Notes under the pieces: model-generated | The model's database searches: none | Told to the model about the DNA's origin: nothing | Seen by the model: only the letters and a program-made list of their open reading frames with translations | Origin: Camelus dromedarius | Lineage: Eukaryota | Assembly (NCBI RefSeq): GCF_036321535.1 | Contig: NC_087436.1 | Coordinates: forward strand, 62,001 to 126,000 | Direction: 5' to 3' | DNA: 64,000 nucleotides | Position numbers and translations under genes: made by a program | Shown: piece after piece, positions 36,778 through 48,670 of the stretch | Numbering within the stretch: position 1 is the stretch's first letter | Layout: each line of letters begins with the position of its first letter

Positions 36778-37208
36778 AAGGCAAGTTTTCTTATCCATTA
36801 TTCTGAAGCTTAGGAGTTCAAATAAATTGGATAGAAAACCAGATCTTTTGATCCCACTGTAGTCCTTTTCTTTATATTCTGCTGAAGGAGGTTGGGGAAA
36901 GCACTTCCTTTGTTCACTTCCTTATTCAGCATTTTTCAGCAGTGACTTTGCATCAGGGCCTTGGTAGGTGCTTGGAAACAGAAAACAAGAAATGACCCTT
37001 CTCTGCAGGGCAGGAAGCCTAGACCAAAAGCTGGGTAATGTGATCCGAGCTACGGTAGCCATTTGAAGACTCTGAGGACAAACTGTACCTCCGGATTTAC
37101 TTGAGCTTCCCTTGCCTTCTGGTTGGTACACACCAGGTCATCGCAACCCAGATGGACCTGCAGCCCACAGTACAGTATGTACCTCGATCTCCTCTCCCCT
37201 CTCGTCAG

Positions 37209-37780
37209 GGCCTGCAGCATGAGCATCCCTGACTACGTGCAGTGTGCTGAGGACCACCAGACTTTCCCCGTGGTGGTCGAACACGTGGGGATCATCTCAG
37301 AGGAGAATTTCTTTTGCATCTATAAGTGAATCACCTTGGTGAGTCAGATCAGTCCGTGCAGCTCCCAGTGGGCAAACTGTATCCACTACAGGCACCACTA
37401 TGCACCCAAGAATGGGTGGAGCGACTTCCAGACCCACCGCAAGGTCTTGGGCCTTGTCATCATTACTGAATGCCTCTCGGCCAAGGCTTCGAAAAGCTCC
37501 ACGTGCAGAGGAGCTGTATGGCACCACGCTCTATGACTCTCAGCTCTTTGACTTTCTGCTGCATGGGGAGGTGGCCGAGCAGCCACGCACCGAAGTGGCC
37601 TTCAATTTACGAGGACTGCAGGGTGGTGGAGAAGAGGATCGACGACTTCACTGAGTCACTCTTCATCTTGCCCAAGTCCAAGTGGCTGGACGGTGCATCC
37701 GACAATTCTGGGGACAAAATCCTCCTTCTCTGCATCCCATTTGAGAAGGAGGACATCATGGGACTGGACACAGAAAGCAG
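37209..37780 (+). pseudogene. TRAPPC9: TRAPPC9 pseudo-exon 2 (first coding exon)
   Basis: Acceptor ctcctctcccctctcgtcag, ATG at 37219, [36 protein letters not shown] (TGA 37327-37329). Then [25 protein letters not shown] and [14 protein letters not shown]...GDKILLLCIPFEKEDIMGLDTESR in shifting frames. Donor CAG|gtaagt. Confidence 0.97.
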
Positions 37781-38119
37781 GTAAGTTTACCTGGAGGCCA
37801 GTCCACCCTGGCTGTGTGCCGGGGTTCTTCCCTACATCCAGAAAGTGATTAGCAAGGAAGAGGACTCTCTTGTAGCCAAGGGTGGAGGGAGGTGCAGCCC
37901 GCCGCTTTACAGACATTTAAAAGTGAATCCGCCTTTGTTTCAGAGAGATCCTTTTAGGGTTATTGTGGACACTTACTGCAGCTTTTCAGCCAGGACCCTG
38001 GTGGGACCCCAGGAGTTGCTGACCAATAGAGTAGCCACAGCCACTGATGCTAGGAGAGCTGGGGAGGAGGCTGCTCTGAGCTGAGATTTGCTGTAGGTCA
38101 AATGAACATCAGACGCTGA

Positions 38120-38342
38120 GACTTGTCTAGTAAAAAGAATGTAAACTATCTTATCACTTCCTATATTGATTACATGTCAAAATGATAGTATTTTACATAC
38201 AGTAGGTTAAGATTTGTTCTTAAAATCATTTTCTAGTATTTGTTTTTTGTTTGTTGGTTTGTTTCTTTGTTTACCGTTTTAAATGTGGCAACTGGGAAAC
38301 TTTCTTTACATGGCTCTCATTTCATTTATGTTGGGCAGCCTG
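38120..38342. mobile_element. MER33/MER3-like hAT-Charlie relic
   Basis: aaaaagaatgtaaactatct ... tatattgattacatgtcaaaatgatagtatttt ... aatgtggcaactggg. Confidence 0.75.
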
Positions 38343-41300
38343 TCTTTAGATAGTCTCATCCCTTTGCTTGTAGATGAGATGCTGAATCCCGAGAGGCAGA
38401 ACGAGGCGCTGGTTGAGCTGGGGCTGGAGCCGGTGTCTCCTGCCTCCCAGGCCCAGCACCTGTTCGGCTCAGGCCCTCTCTTCCTGCCCGACAGCCAGCA
38501 TGCCATGTTAGGACATCAGAATCACCGCCAGGGACCTCCGAATGAACTCCTTATGCAGGGAAAGGCGTATCACGGAGTATGGGAAAGAGCAGGGAAATGT
38601 TCATCCTCACTTTGTCCCTGTGATTAAGTCAACGGCCCCACTTTGTCTCGGAATTACAGACGAGCTCTTCTGGGCTGCCTAACCCCCCACCATCTGCTCT
38701 GTTTCCCCGTGTATCTATAGTGCTGTCCTTCGTGCAGAAGAGGGTGACATGCCTTTGCCGAGAGGTGGTCCCCCTTTGCTGGGGAGAGTGAGGGAAGCTG
38801 TGTGCCCACGGCCTACGGCCTCAGGCCTTGAGTCTGGAGAGTACTCATGGCGGTCTGACAGGTGACTGTCGGAGGACCTGGCACGGCTGCCGGGCCCACT
38901 GTGGAGGCGGTGCTCTGTGATTCTTGAAATTAACTAAGATCAGATTCTACTTTCTGGTTATTGGTAAGTTGGAGGAGAAGATGCCAGAGAATTGATAAAA
39001 AGAATGTCCAGACCAGCCCTGTGAGTGATAGGCACAGGGGACCCGAGTCCCCCACGTGTGTGAGGTGCCTAGCGGGCTCTGGATGAATTTTCTGTTCCTC
39101 CCGGACATAACTCTATGGCTTAAGGAAGGGGCAAGTCATGTCATGGCCTGTACTTGTCCTCACAGGGCCCTGTGATCTTCATGCCCACACTCCCCTTCTG
39201 CTCCTTGGAGATGAGGTGTCAGGTTTAGGAGCCTGGGCACTGCTGAGGGCATAGCTGCCAGCACTGTGCTACACCGAGGCTGGCTCCGTTCACCTCACAT
39301 GTCACCTCCTGCTGAGCCCCCAGGCGTCAGTCAAGGTAGGTGCATAGGTGCAACATACGCAGAGACCACGTTCTCCCCCTGGACAGATTGATTGGTGAGC
39401 AGTGGAAGCCTAGAGCCCTGCCCCAGCCCCAGGCCAGTGCCTCCTCTTTTGTCATAGGAGGCACTGGTGTCATTTTTGCTCAGCAAATGCTTGGCTCTGA
39501 CTCTGCAGACCCACCAGAGAATGCCAACTTGTTTTTGCCTTTTGAAGTCTGCCCTTGGGATTTGGCGGAGTAGCTGGATGTGTGCTTAGCCCATAGTGGT
39601 TGACACTGTCACCATTGTTTACCCAGAACCTCGTGTACCAGGCATGGCTCTCGGCATCAAAATACAGCAGCGCATTAAACCTCCCTCCTGGTGGGTCTGT
39701 CTGTTTTGCTACCATAAGGGCTCAGCCAGCATCTTAACGTCAGTGAGATAACGTGGCCAGTGAGCTCGGGTCAAGCACATTCTCCTCCAGTCACTTTTAC
39801 TCAATTTTTTCTTTTACTATTCCACAGTCATTAATTTTTTAAACAATGCTTTGGTACAGGAACAGCGTAATTCTCTCCTGCTACTCTTGGTGGAAGTGAG
39901 TAAAACTGTCCAGCCTGAAATGCGACCACAATTTGTAGCTCAAAAGCTGCCTAGACGCATATAGGTGGAGTTTTGGTTAGGGGCGCTGATCACGTTGGGG
40001 TCCTCCGGCAGCACCGCTCCCCTCAGGCCCCTGCCTTCCCTGGAGCAGGAGGTGAGTGTGGGTCTCACCGTCCCAGCATCCCTGGCCTCACACACTCACA
40101 TAAATTCTTGTACATGCTGTCAAAATCATTTTTGTTCTTGTGTGTTTCTAATTTTCTCTTGTTCCTCTTTTCCTTTTTCTTTATTCTTTTTCTCTTGTAC
40201 TGCCCAGTGAGCATGTTGTTGCGTCTGAAAATGTGGGCTGTGCACACTCTGCATTGGAAATATCCAGATTGCCCTCCGTACAGTCTCCATCGCTTTAAAG
40301 AGCAAAAACTTAACAGTTGCCTTGATCCATGTATTATCCTAGTCATTTTTTATTTTCTAATTTTTTGGAATATTTGCTTTGTTAGCACATCACCCACTGG
40401 TTTTTGATACCTGTTAAAATCCTTGCTTTGAGGAACCTGTTTGGTCCTCCTTATATTTGGTGACAAATGCGCCCTTATTAAATTTGTTTGATTGTTTTGA
40501 AGAAGTGAGATGCGAATTGATTTAGGCGGCTGCTGAGGGATTCTTTTCATGGAGTATTTAAACTTGGAAAGTCAAAGTCTGCAGCATCTTGCTCGATTCC
40601 TGCTTTTACAGAAACGTGCTCTTCACGCGGTTCCTGGCTGTCACAGTGTGACGTGCTTGATGGCACTTCCTGGCCAGCGGTCACTGGTGAGAAAGTGGCA
40701 GGCTCATGGGTGTGCAGCTGCAGGGGACGCTGTTGGAGGAAGCAGTCACCGTTTACTTATTTAATTTTTTTTTTTTGCATTCAACATCCCTGTGCCATTT
40801 ACTTTACTTTGCCTTCATAAAGGGGCAGAAGTGGGTCTAAAATCCATGCCACTCTTGTGTTCCCTTTACGAGGCTGGTTTTTCTGAGTATCAGGAAAACA
40901 TGGCCTTCTCCTAAGTAGCTGGCTCACCTGGATCTTGTTGACACAGCGACCGCTAAAGGGGACCGTAGCTTCCTCTCTTCTCCAGCCAGTGGGCATTCAG
41001 AGCCGGGTCTGTGCTTTGCCTCAGCAGCCGTGCAGGCCTCCCTGCCCCGGCCTTTACTTTTAACCCATGTTGGCATAAATATCTGACTCCGTGTCTGTTG
41101 CAGCTGATTTCCACCACTGACGGCCGTGTAGTTAGTTTGCGGTAGGGAGTCTGCAACACCCCAGCCAACCTTGAAGGAAGATGTTTTGGCCGACCTAGGA
41201 CCTTGGATTCTCACCCCCATCATGGTTCATCTCACTCGGTGGAAGGGTTTGGCCACCACCATCATGCTGAACATGAGGCCTTGTTTCTCCTTTCATGCTC

Positions 41301-44049
41301 TGGTCCAAATGTGGACACTTCATTTATCACTGAATTTGTATCGCTTGAGACAGGCCATAATATCTGAATGAGTCCATCACATTCTGGGTGGGGAACAGAA
41401 CAGAAGTAATTGTCACAATTAGATGGAGACTAGGCTGTCCGTGTTGGCTAATGCTGGCTGGGATCTGTGATGGTCGGGCTGTGCCCTGGACACAGGCCTT
41501 TCCCGTGGCTCCCGAGAGCCCAGGGGTTGGAGTGAGAACAGCCTTGCCTGGGTTCCTCCATCCTCATCTGCTCACTGGCAAGTGTGTCTGCTAATTAGGA
41601 GCTCCCCCAGACCTCGGGCCCCTCAAAGCTCAGACCACGGGAGAACCTTGAGTCCCTTCTCCTGGGCCTCCTTTGTGAGAATCCAGTGCCTTCTGAGGTG
41701 ACCAGCGGCAGGAGATGCCTCCCCCTCCAGGGAGCACCCTACGGAGGACTGTTAGTCAGTGTACCATGCTGTGAACTTGGGGGGTTACGGCCATGGTCCC
41801 TGTAGAACCACATTTGAGATGGGCTTAGCGACGGAAATAATAGGACTGATTCCAGGGCAGGGATTAGGGGAGGGAACATTGGAAATTGAATGTGACCTCA
41901 AACACATAGTTGGGTGCTGGGGCTGTTACTAAAATGGGGAGTCTGGGAGGTACCTGCCAGGAATCGAATTCCAGAGTAAATGGTTAACATGAGGCATTTT
42001 TAAGATGCCATTTGTCATCCAAGTTAGGACTTCAAAGAGGCACTCGTGTCTATGAGATTGTGGCTCAGGTGAAGGAGCCGGACTATAGATACACGTTGGG
42101 AGTCGTCATTCTTAGCTGGTGTTCATAGCCTTGCATGTGAATTAGATCATCTCGAGAGCTGCAGACTGAGGCTGAGGGGGGGCAGGGCCCTGCCTGTGTT
42201 GGAGGAAAGCCCAGACCATGCAGCTTTGGTGTGTCAGTCAGAGGCATTTGCGATTTTCAGCCTAATGCCATTTATCTTTAAGGGGCCGGGGGGTGTGCAG
42301 GGCCAGCCAGGAAGAAATCTGAAGGGAGGGTCGTGGCCACGTGTGTGTCTTGGGAACATGCAGAGTCTGCAGGGTCCTGGAGGGTAGACTTCTTAGAAGC
42401 TGGAGTTGGAGTGAGGAGTGGGCAGAAGGTAGTCACACTCACCTGTGAGGGAGGGGGGAGTCCTTGGGAGTCCCCACCCTACCGGACTCGCTTTCCCATG
42501 AACAGACGGCAATCATACAGAGTATCTGAAGTGAGAAAGGATGGGTGCTGGGAGGGGAGCCAACCTGGAGAATGGTGCTTGGAAAGTTCTGGAATAGTCT
42601 CCCTGGAAAATAGAGTTAAAAATACCCAGAATCTTAAGAACGTTGATAGTGACTGGGGAGGAAGCAGTTTTTCTGGCCTCCTAAGGGTAAGTCATGTATC
42701 CGGGGATACACAGAAAAATCGGGCATTCTGTTCCGTGGTCTTGATCCTTACCGGGGGAACAGTGCAAGTTTAAAGGGGGAGAAGGGCAGCGGAGGGAAGC
42801 TAGTCAGGCCCCGTGTCAGGTACCAGTCGGCAGCCCTACTTGCGTGTTGCGTTCTCATCCATGCCTCCCAGGTGAGCGGTGGCAGCCCCCTTTTGCAGAT
42901 CGGGAAGCCTTCTCAGAGGGTTAAGGAATTGGTCCATTTAGTGGCTAGTAAATGCTGCAGCAGAATTCAAGCCAGGCCTTGTCAGACTTCAAGGGCATGT
43001 TTTCTCTACTAAATCCGGTACCTCCCTGTTGAACCTGGAATGGTGAATTGGGTCAGTTTTGGAGCCTTTCAGAAAAAGTACGATTTAAGTGCCTCAGGAC
43101 TGTTTCACAAAGCTCAGCGTTCTTTGATTTTTCTGAAGCACCTCAGTGCTTTTCGCCCCACAGTTGTTAGGTTTTCTCCATTCTCGATGACGTGGTTGCA
43201 AATAACGTACAGGTGCAAAACCAGACTTAGCAGCTTCTGAAGGGAAACTCTCCAGTTCTCCCTTGATCGGCTTTCTTCCACGGGATGTAACTGCTGCAGC
43301 GTAGGCCTGAGTTTTACTTATGGAGTGAGGGTTTAATATCCAAAGTTAGCATAAAACGGTCAGATGAAGAAAATCGACGTTGACAATTTATTTTTGGGTT
43401 TCATTAGACAAGATATACTATCAATTAATGACCCATATAGCAAATGAAATTGACTACAGAACATTGCATTTCTTACTTTCTATTTAGAGTTCTCTTACAG
43501 AATAATGTTGCCTGCTTTGGAACATCATCTCCACCACCACGGCACCTATCAGTGTGTTGGTGTGATTGCATTTACGCAGTGAATGTAATCTGGGCTTCCT
43601 CAGCCCCAAACACTCCAGTGAAGAATCACGGGCTGTAGCCATCTCTTGGTCACGCAAATACTTCTAAAATTATATGATGCCAGAAAAGAAGGAAGAGAGA
43701 TAGAGAGATTGCCTTTATCAAAGTTCCTTTCAATTCTAACTGCAAACTGTTTTTGAGCAGCTCTGGTTTCCTTTGGATATGAATATATACATTTCTTTGC
43801 ATGTAATCTGGGTTTTGGACTAGAACACCAAGTTCTTGCTGTCCACAAGCCACAAAAACAGTAGCCAAATTGCACACGTGTGAAATTGTTTATAATTTTT
43901 CCTGAGAAAGTATCTTTGAATTTGGGACTTGGGCTGTGATTTTTGCTTTTTGCTTCCCGCACCCCTCTTGTAATCTCTCACTCCTTCCCACGTGACCCCC
44001 AAGAGTTCGTGGTCTCAAAGGAGCGGGCAAACACCCAGTTGGTCACCAT

Positions 44050-44870
44050 GTACTGCTGCTATAGATGAAGCCCAACCAAGACCTAAAGGACATTATCAGA
44101 GAGGACTTCCTGGAAGAAATGGACTCTATATTCATTTGTGAGGACAGAGTGTCAGCCAGGAGAAGTAGTCAAGAATGTGGCTCAGGTGGCAGGTGCAGCC
44201 CGGGCAGATGCCTGGAGGCTTTTGGCGTGGGGAAACGGGGAGAGTGCCCTGTGTGGTCCAGGGTGGAAGGTGCCCCTGCTGGTGAGGACACTGGAGAGAG
44301 TCCGGGATGGAGGGCTTTGGAAGAGCTTGGGTTTTACTAGAACTGACACAGTAGTCAGTGAAGGGTGTCATCAGAAAGTGACCCTCAGTAAAGGTAATTC
44401 TGGTTTTTCTTCTGATATTCTACAGACACAAGGGTAGGGACGGGTGAGAGTAGGTATGTCTGTCCCTTTGAGACCCACCCCGTCATTCATTTATTCATAA
44501 CACGTGCACTTTTGTGTGTCTAGGGGAGAGAGGGTGGACCCACATTAGTAAGCAAAATGTATTTGCTTCTTGTGAGCTTAGCATTGTCAGAAGTTGACTT
44601 AGCCTAGAATGTTCTAGGAATAGAGGAACAAATTGTGGTAGTTGGAAGGAGGGAAGGCTTCCTTGGGAAACAGTCAAAATGAGCCTGGAGACAAGTGGGG
44701 AGTAGGAGCAAGTCAGGGGGCCCCTGAGGTCACTGGGGACCTGTGTACTGAGGTGAGGCTGGGCAAGCAGTGTCTGGGGTGGGGCTAGAATTCCACCAGG
44801 GAGCCTCTGAAGGGTTTGAAGTGGGGGTGATGTAATCAAATTTGTGATTTGGGAAGACTGCTGTGGCTCT
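44050..44870 (-). mobile_element. L2 relic fragments
   Basis: atcagagaggacttcctggaagaaatggac; ggagcctctgaagggtttgaagtgggggtgatgtaatcaaatttgtg. Confidence 0.55.
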
Positions 44871-44888
44871 GTGTGTGTGTGTGTGTGT
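44870..44888. repeat. (TG)9 microsatellite
   Basis: Directly visible. Confidence 0.9.
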
Positions 44889-46026
44889 AGCAGGGAAGAG
44901 GGGAAGGGTGCCACCAACAGGGGGGGTCATTAGAAGAACATTCACAGGCTGGGAGAGAGGCGTCGGGACTGCTTGGGGACGGCAGGGGCAGTGTGGATGC
45001 CGGATTTCCTTATGGGGGGGGCTTGTTAGCAGGGCGACCCTAGAGGCGACTTTTGGCTGGAAGTAAACAGATGGAGGCTGCCAGGTGGACTTTCCTCTTC
45101 TTTCCTTCCCTGCCTTGTGTGATGATCTTAGCTCAGCCAACTTTTGGAAAAGAAGAGCTAAGTTCCAGGGTAGCCCAGGACTTTGTTGAGCTCGTTCGAG
45201 TGAGATCTGATAGGATTTAGGTTTGTGTTCTGATCTGCATGTTCACTTAGCTAGAAACATCCCGTCATTTCAATTTCTATAGGGGTTTTTATTCTTGATA
45301 AAGATTGCTTTCTTGGTGAGAGGAAATTTAATACAGCTGTTGGCTTTCTCAAAAAAATCATATCTTTTAAGAACTTTAATATTCAAAACAATAGGAATAT
45401 ATTAAAATGTTAAAATAAGTCTTTGGTGCAGTTTCTTTGCTTTCTGAGCTAGTGTGGAGTTAGAGCCTTTGCATTACTTAAGAGCACATACTTGTCAGTA
45501 TTTAAAAAGCTGTTAGTGAGCGCCCCAGGCCCCACCTCTCAAAACATCATTAAAGTTTGCTCTGAAATAGTGAGGTCATAAAGGTCTTATTTGCAGAAAC
45601 CAAACAGTTGGTTTATAATATGCAGCATAGCTCCCTTTATAAAATAATAATAGGTTCAAAATTAAGAAAGTGGAGGATAATTGATTTTTTTAAAGCTGAA
45701 ACATAAACTTTCTTGTGCTAATGTTGCAACTGGAAATTTTGAAAAGAAAAATCCTACTGTAATATCATCTACGTGGAATACATATATGACTTTCACGTTT
45801 GAAAAGTAACTGCGCGGTGGTTTTTGAAGTCAGGAGAATTCCAGCTCAGATACTGGCAGTGATGGTTGCTGGTTTTTAATGGAAGGGCCTAAATTTGCCT
45901 TCTTAGCATTTTTTTTTTTTTGGAGTGAAAAGTTTGAGTAGTGCTTTGCCAGCATGATTTTGGGGCAATTTGAGGGCAGATGTCGTGTACCAGCAATGAG
46001 ATATTTCCATGCATTTTATTTTCCGG

Positions 46027-46147
46027 TCATCACCAGGGCACATGTGGGGTTTGTGCCTGCAGGCTGGAATGCTGCTGGACTCCCTGATCCATCACCGTTA
46101 TGTCCTGGAGCTGCTCCGGTCAGTGAATGATTTTCTGTGGCTTCTAG
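46027..46147 (+). pseudogene. TRAPPC9: TRAPPC9 pseudo-exon 3 remnant
   Basis: Reads [32 protein letters not shown] versus recalled [32 protein letters not shown]. Donor G|gtaatg at 46148. The 5' part is partly deleted and the acceptor reads ttttccgg. Confidence 0.93.
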
Positions 46148-46754
46148 GTAATGTGGTCTGAGGCAGATGATCAGATGTGCAGTTAAAGTACTATTACTTG
46201 AAATAAGAGTAACCTAGAAACATGGCTTTAACAATACAGGGTGAGGGAGAATTGGCTGAGCTGCTTGCAGTGGGGAGTTTTCTCAGGTGACTCCCTCACC
46301 GTGATTCTTGCCAGTATCCGCCCCAGCCCTGCACGGTAGTCCTGCCGAAGCAAGCATGCTCTTTGCTCAGAAACGCACTGAATTTCCTTGTGCCTCTGTT
46401 TGTTGGCTTGTTTTTTGAAAGCACGTCTTGCCCTTTGCTTAAATGCCATCCATGATAGTCACTTCTTACACTCATTCTACTGGACTTCGTCCAAAAATAG
46501 CTGCTGAATGGAAGAACAGAATGTAGTAACTCCATGTTGTGGAACATTATTCACATGTAAGAGTGAATAAAAAAGAAAAAACAAATAAAGAGGAAAATGA
46601 AAAAGGCCACCTGTTCTGGGAAATCCTCCCTGACTGTTCAACCCGCACTTTTCCCTTTGAAACCCAATCACTTATGCTCCACCGTACTCTTTTTGATAGT
46701 ACTTACTACCTTCTAATAAACTTTAACGGTTTCAAAAAAAAAAAAAAGAGAGAG

Positions 46755-47040
46755 AGAGATGCTGATACCACTTCAAAATGGACAAGCCTTGAAAACAGCA
46801 TTTTAAGTGAAAGGAAGCAGACACAAACGGCCACATATTGTTGATTTCAGTGATCTGAAATGCCCAGAAAAGGCACATGCAGAGGCAGAGAGCAGGTGAT
46901 GGTTGAAAGGGGCTGGGTGGAGGGGGATTAGGGAGTGACTGTTAGTGACAGGAGGTTTCTTCTGGGGTGATGAAGTGTTCAGGAAATAGATGGTGGTGAG
47001 GGCTGCACAACTGTGAGTGTGCAGAAGACTGCTGAGCTCT
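46755..47040 (+). mobile_element. L1MB-like 3' fragment
   Basis: atggacaagccttgaaaacagcattttaagtgaaaggaagcagacacaaacggccacatattg ... ggtggtgagggctgcacaactgtgag. Confidence 0.85.
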
Positions 47041-48120
47041 GTCTCTGGGAGTGCCTGTTGTTGGGGCGGCTTTATTTTGTTCTCATCGTGCAATGAGAAG
47101 TCTCATCTGCTGCTGTGGCCGTTCTACTCCCGTGAGTGTTGAGGGTCAGAGACTTTGTAGAGTCATGTTTCTTTTTTTTTTTGCCCCTTGCTGAGTGTAG
47201 GCAAAAAAGGTTTAAGCCTGAGAAAGTGCTCCATCTGCAGAAATTTCTTTCAGTTTTGCATGGTGTAAAAATCTTGAGAGCTTTTTAATCGTTGAGGACA
47301 GCCTGTGGGGGGAAACAGCCCGTGAATCCTGGGTGAGTCCCGGAAGAGCTGCGAGTCCCTCCCTGACACGGGTGGGGATTTCACCCCTGTTCAGGCAGTG
47401 AAGGTCCCAGACCCGTGAGCGGAGTTGACAGTCGTGAATATTTACGTGAATCCGCTGCTTCACCTTGGATATTAATTTCAAGCTGAGTCAGTTTGTGGCG
47501 GCAGCCTCATCCTACATCAGGAATTTATAGTATCTGCTCTTTGAGGTGAAGACCTGACAGACTTGACTATTTAACAGTCTCCCTTGAATTGTTATCTCAG
47601 ATTACTTTGTCAAAAGCAAAACAGCAGAAATACAGACGTCCTTTAATGCCAATGTGACCTGGAAAGGGTTTAGTCTCTGTGCCTCAGTGGCCTTATCTGC
47701 AGGTGGGGATAATGATAACAGTGCTTCCCTCAGAGGGGCTGGTGAGGGGAGAGTTAGAAGCACACATGGAGGACTTACACGAGATGCTCATGAATGACCG
47801 AATTTAGTGCTCTCAGCCTGGTCAGGCCTCAGGAGCAGAGATGTCAGAACAGAGCAGTCCTAGCGGGAGCTCGATCCGTGTTGGCAGGTGTTACGATCAG
47901 TATCACCTCTGTGGGTTATCAGGTAGTTTTAAGACTTGGTAATATGAATTCATGAATAATGTTAGAAGACTAGACATCTCAGATACTCTTTACATAGTTC
48001 TCAAGATTTCCTCTGAGAAATGGATGTTTTCTCCCCATCTTAAATCTGAGATGAGTCTCTAAAATATTCTGTATTCCTCCATCTTTTTGCTTTAATTCTC
48101 CATTTCTTAAAAAAGAAAGT

Positions 48121-48202
48121 TTTTAAATGGAGTTTATGGGGACTGAACTGAGGGCCTCATGCATGCTAAGCACATACTCTCCCAAATGATGTATAATCTC
48201 CC
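48121..48202 (-). mobile_element. Degenerate Vic-1-type SINE
   Basis: ggggactgaactgagggcctcatgcatgctaagcacatactct. Confidence 0.7.
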
Positions 48203-48479
48203 AAATGATTTTTTTTTAATTTACTTTCTTAGTATTCAGAGGTTAGAGGCCTCTAATTCTTTTTCTGGAGACTTGTCCATGAACCTGTAAATCTATAATT
48301 AATGGACAAAACTTGGTTTATTAAAAACATCAATAGAACATTCTGCAATCCATCCAAAAGGAAATGCTGATTGAATTAAAATGTTTCTCCTTGAAGGTGA
48401 TTTCTCCTTTTTGGTCTAGCTTAATTTATTAACAGCCATCCTCATCATCATAATGACCAAACTCGCTCTGAGTGGACAC

Positions 48480-48670
48480 CTACCTAACACTAAAATGCTT
48501 TCCTCATGTTTTACTTCATAGCAGGTGTTTGAGGGTAGGTATCAGTGTCTCCTTTTTTGCAGCTGAGGGATTGAGAGATGGAGCAGCTTGTCCTAAATCA
48601 CACCCAGCTGGCCGTGGCTAGCTCGGTGCTGGAACCCAGGCTGCACAGGATGCATTCTTAATTGCTCCTC
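48480..48670 (-). mobile_element. MIR relic
   Basis: ttttgcagctgaggga ... cttgtcctaaatcacacccagct ... gctggaacccagg. Confidence 0.65.
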
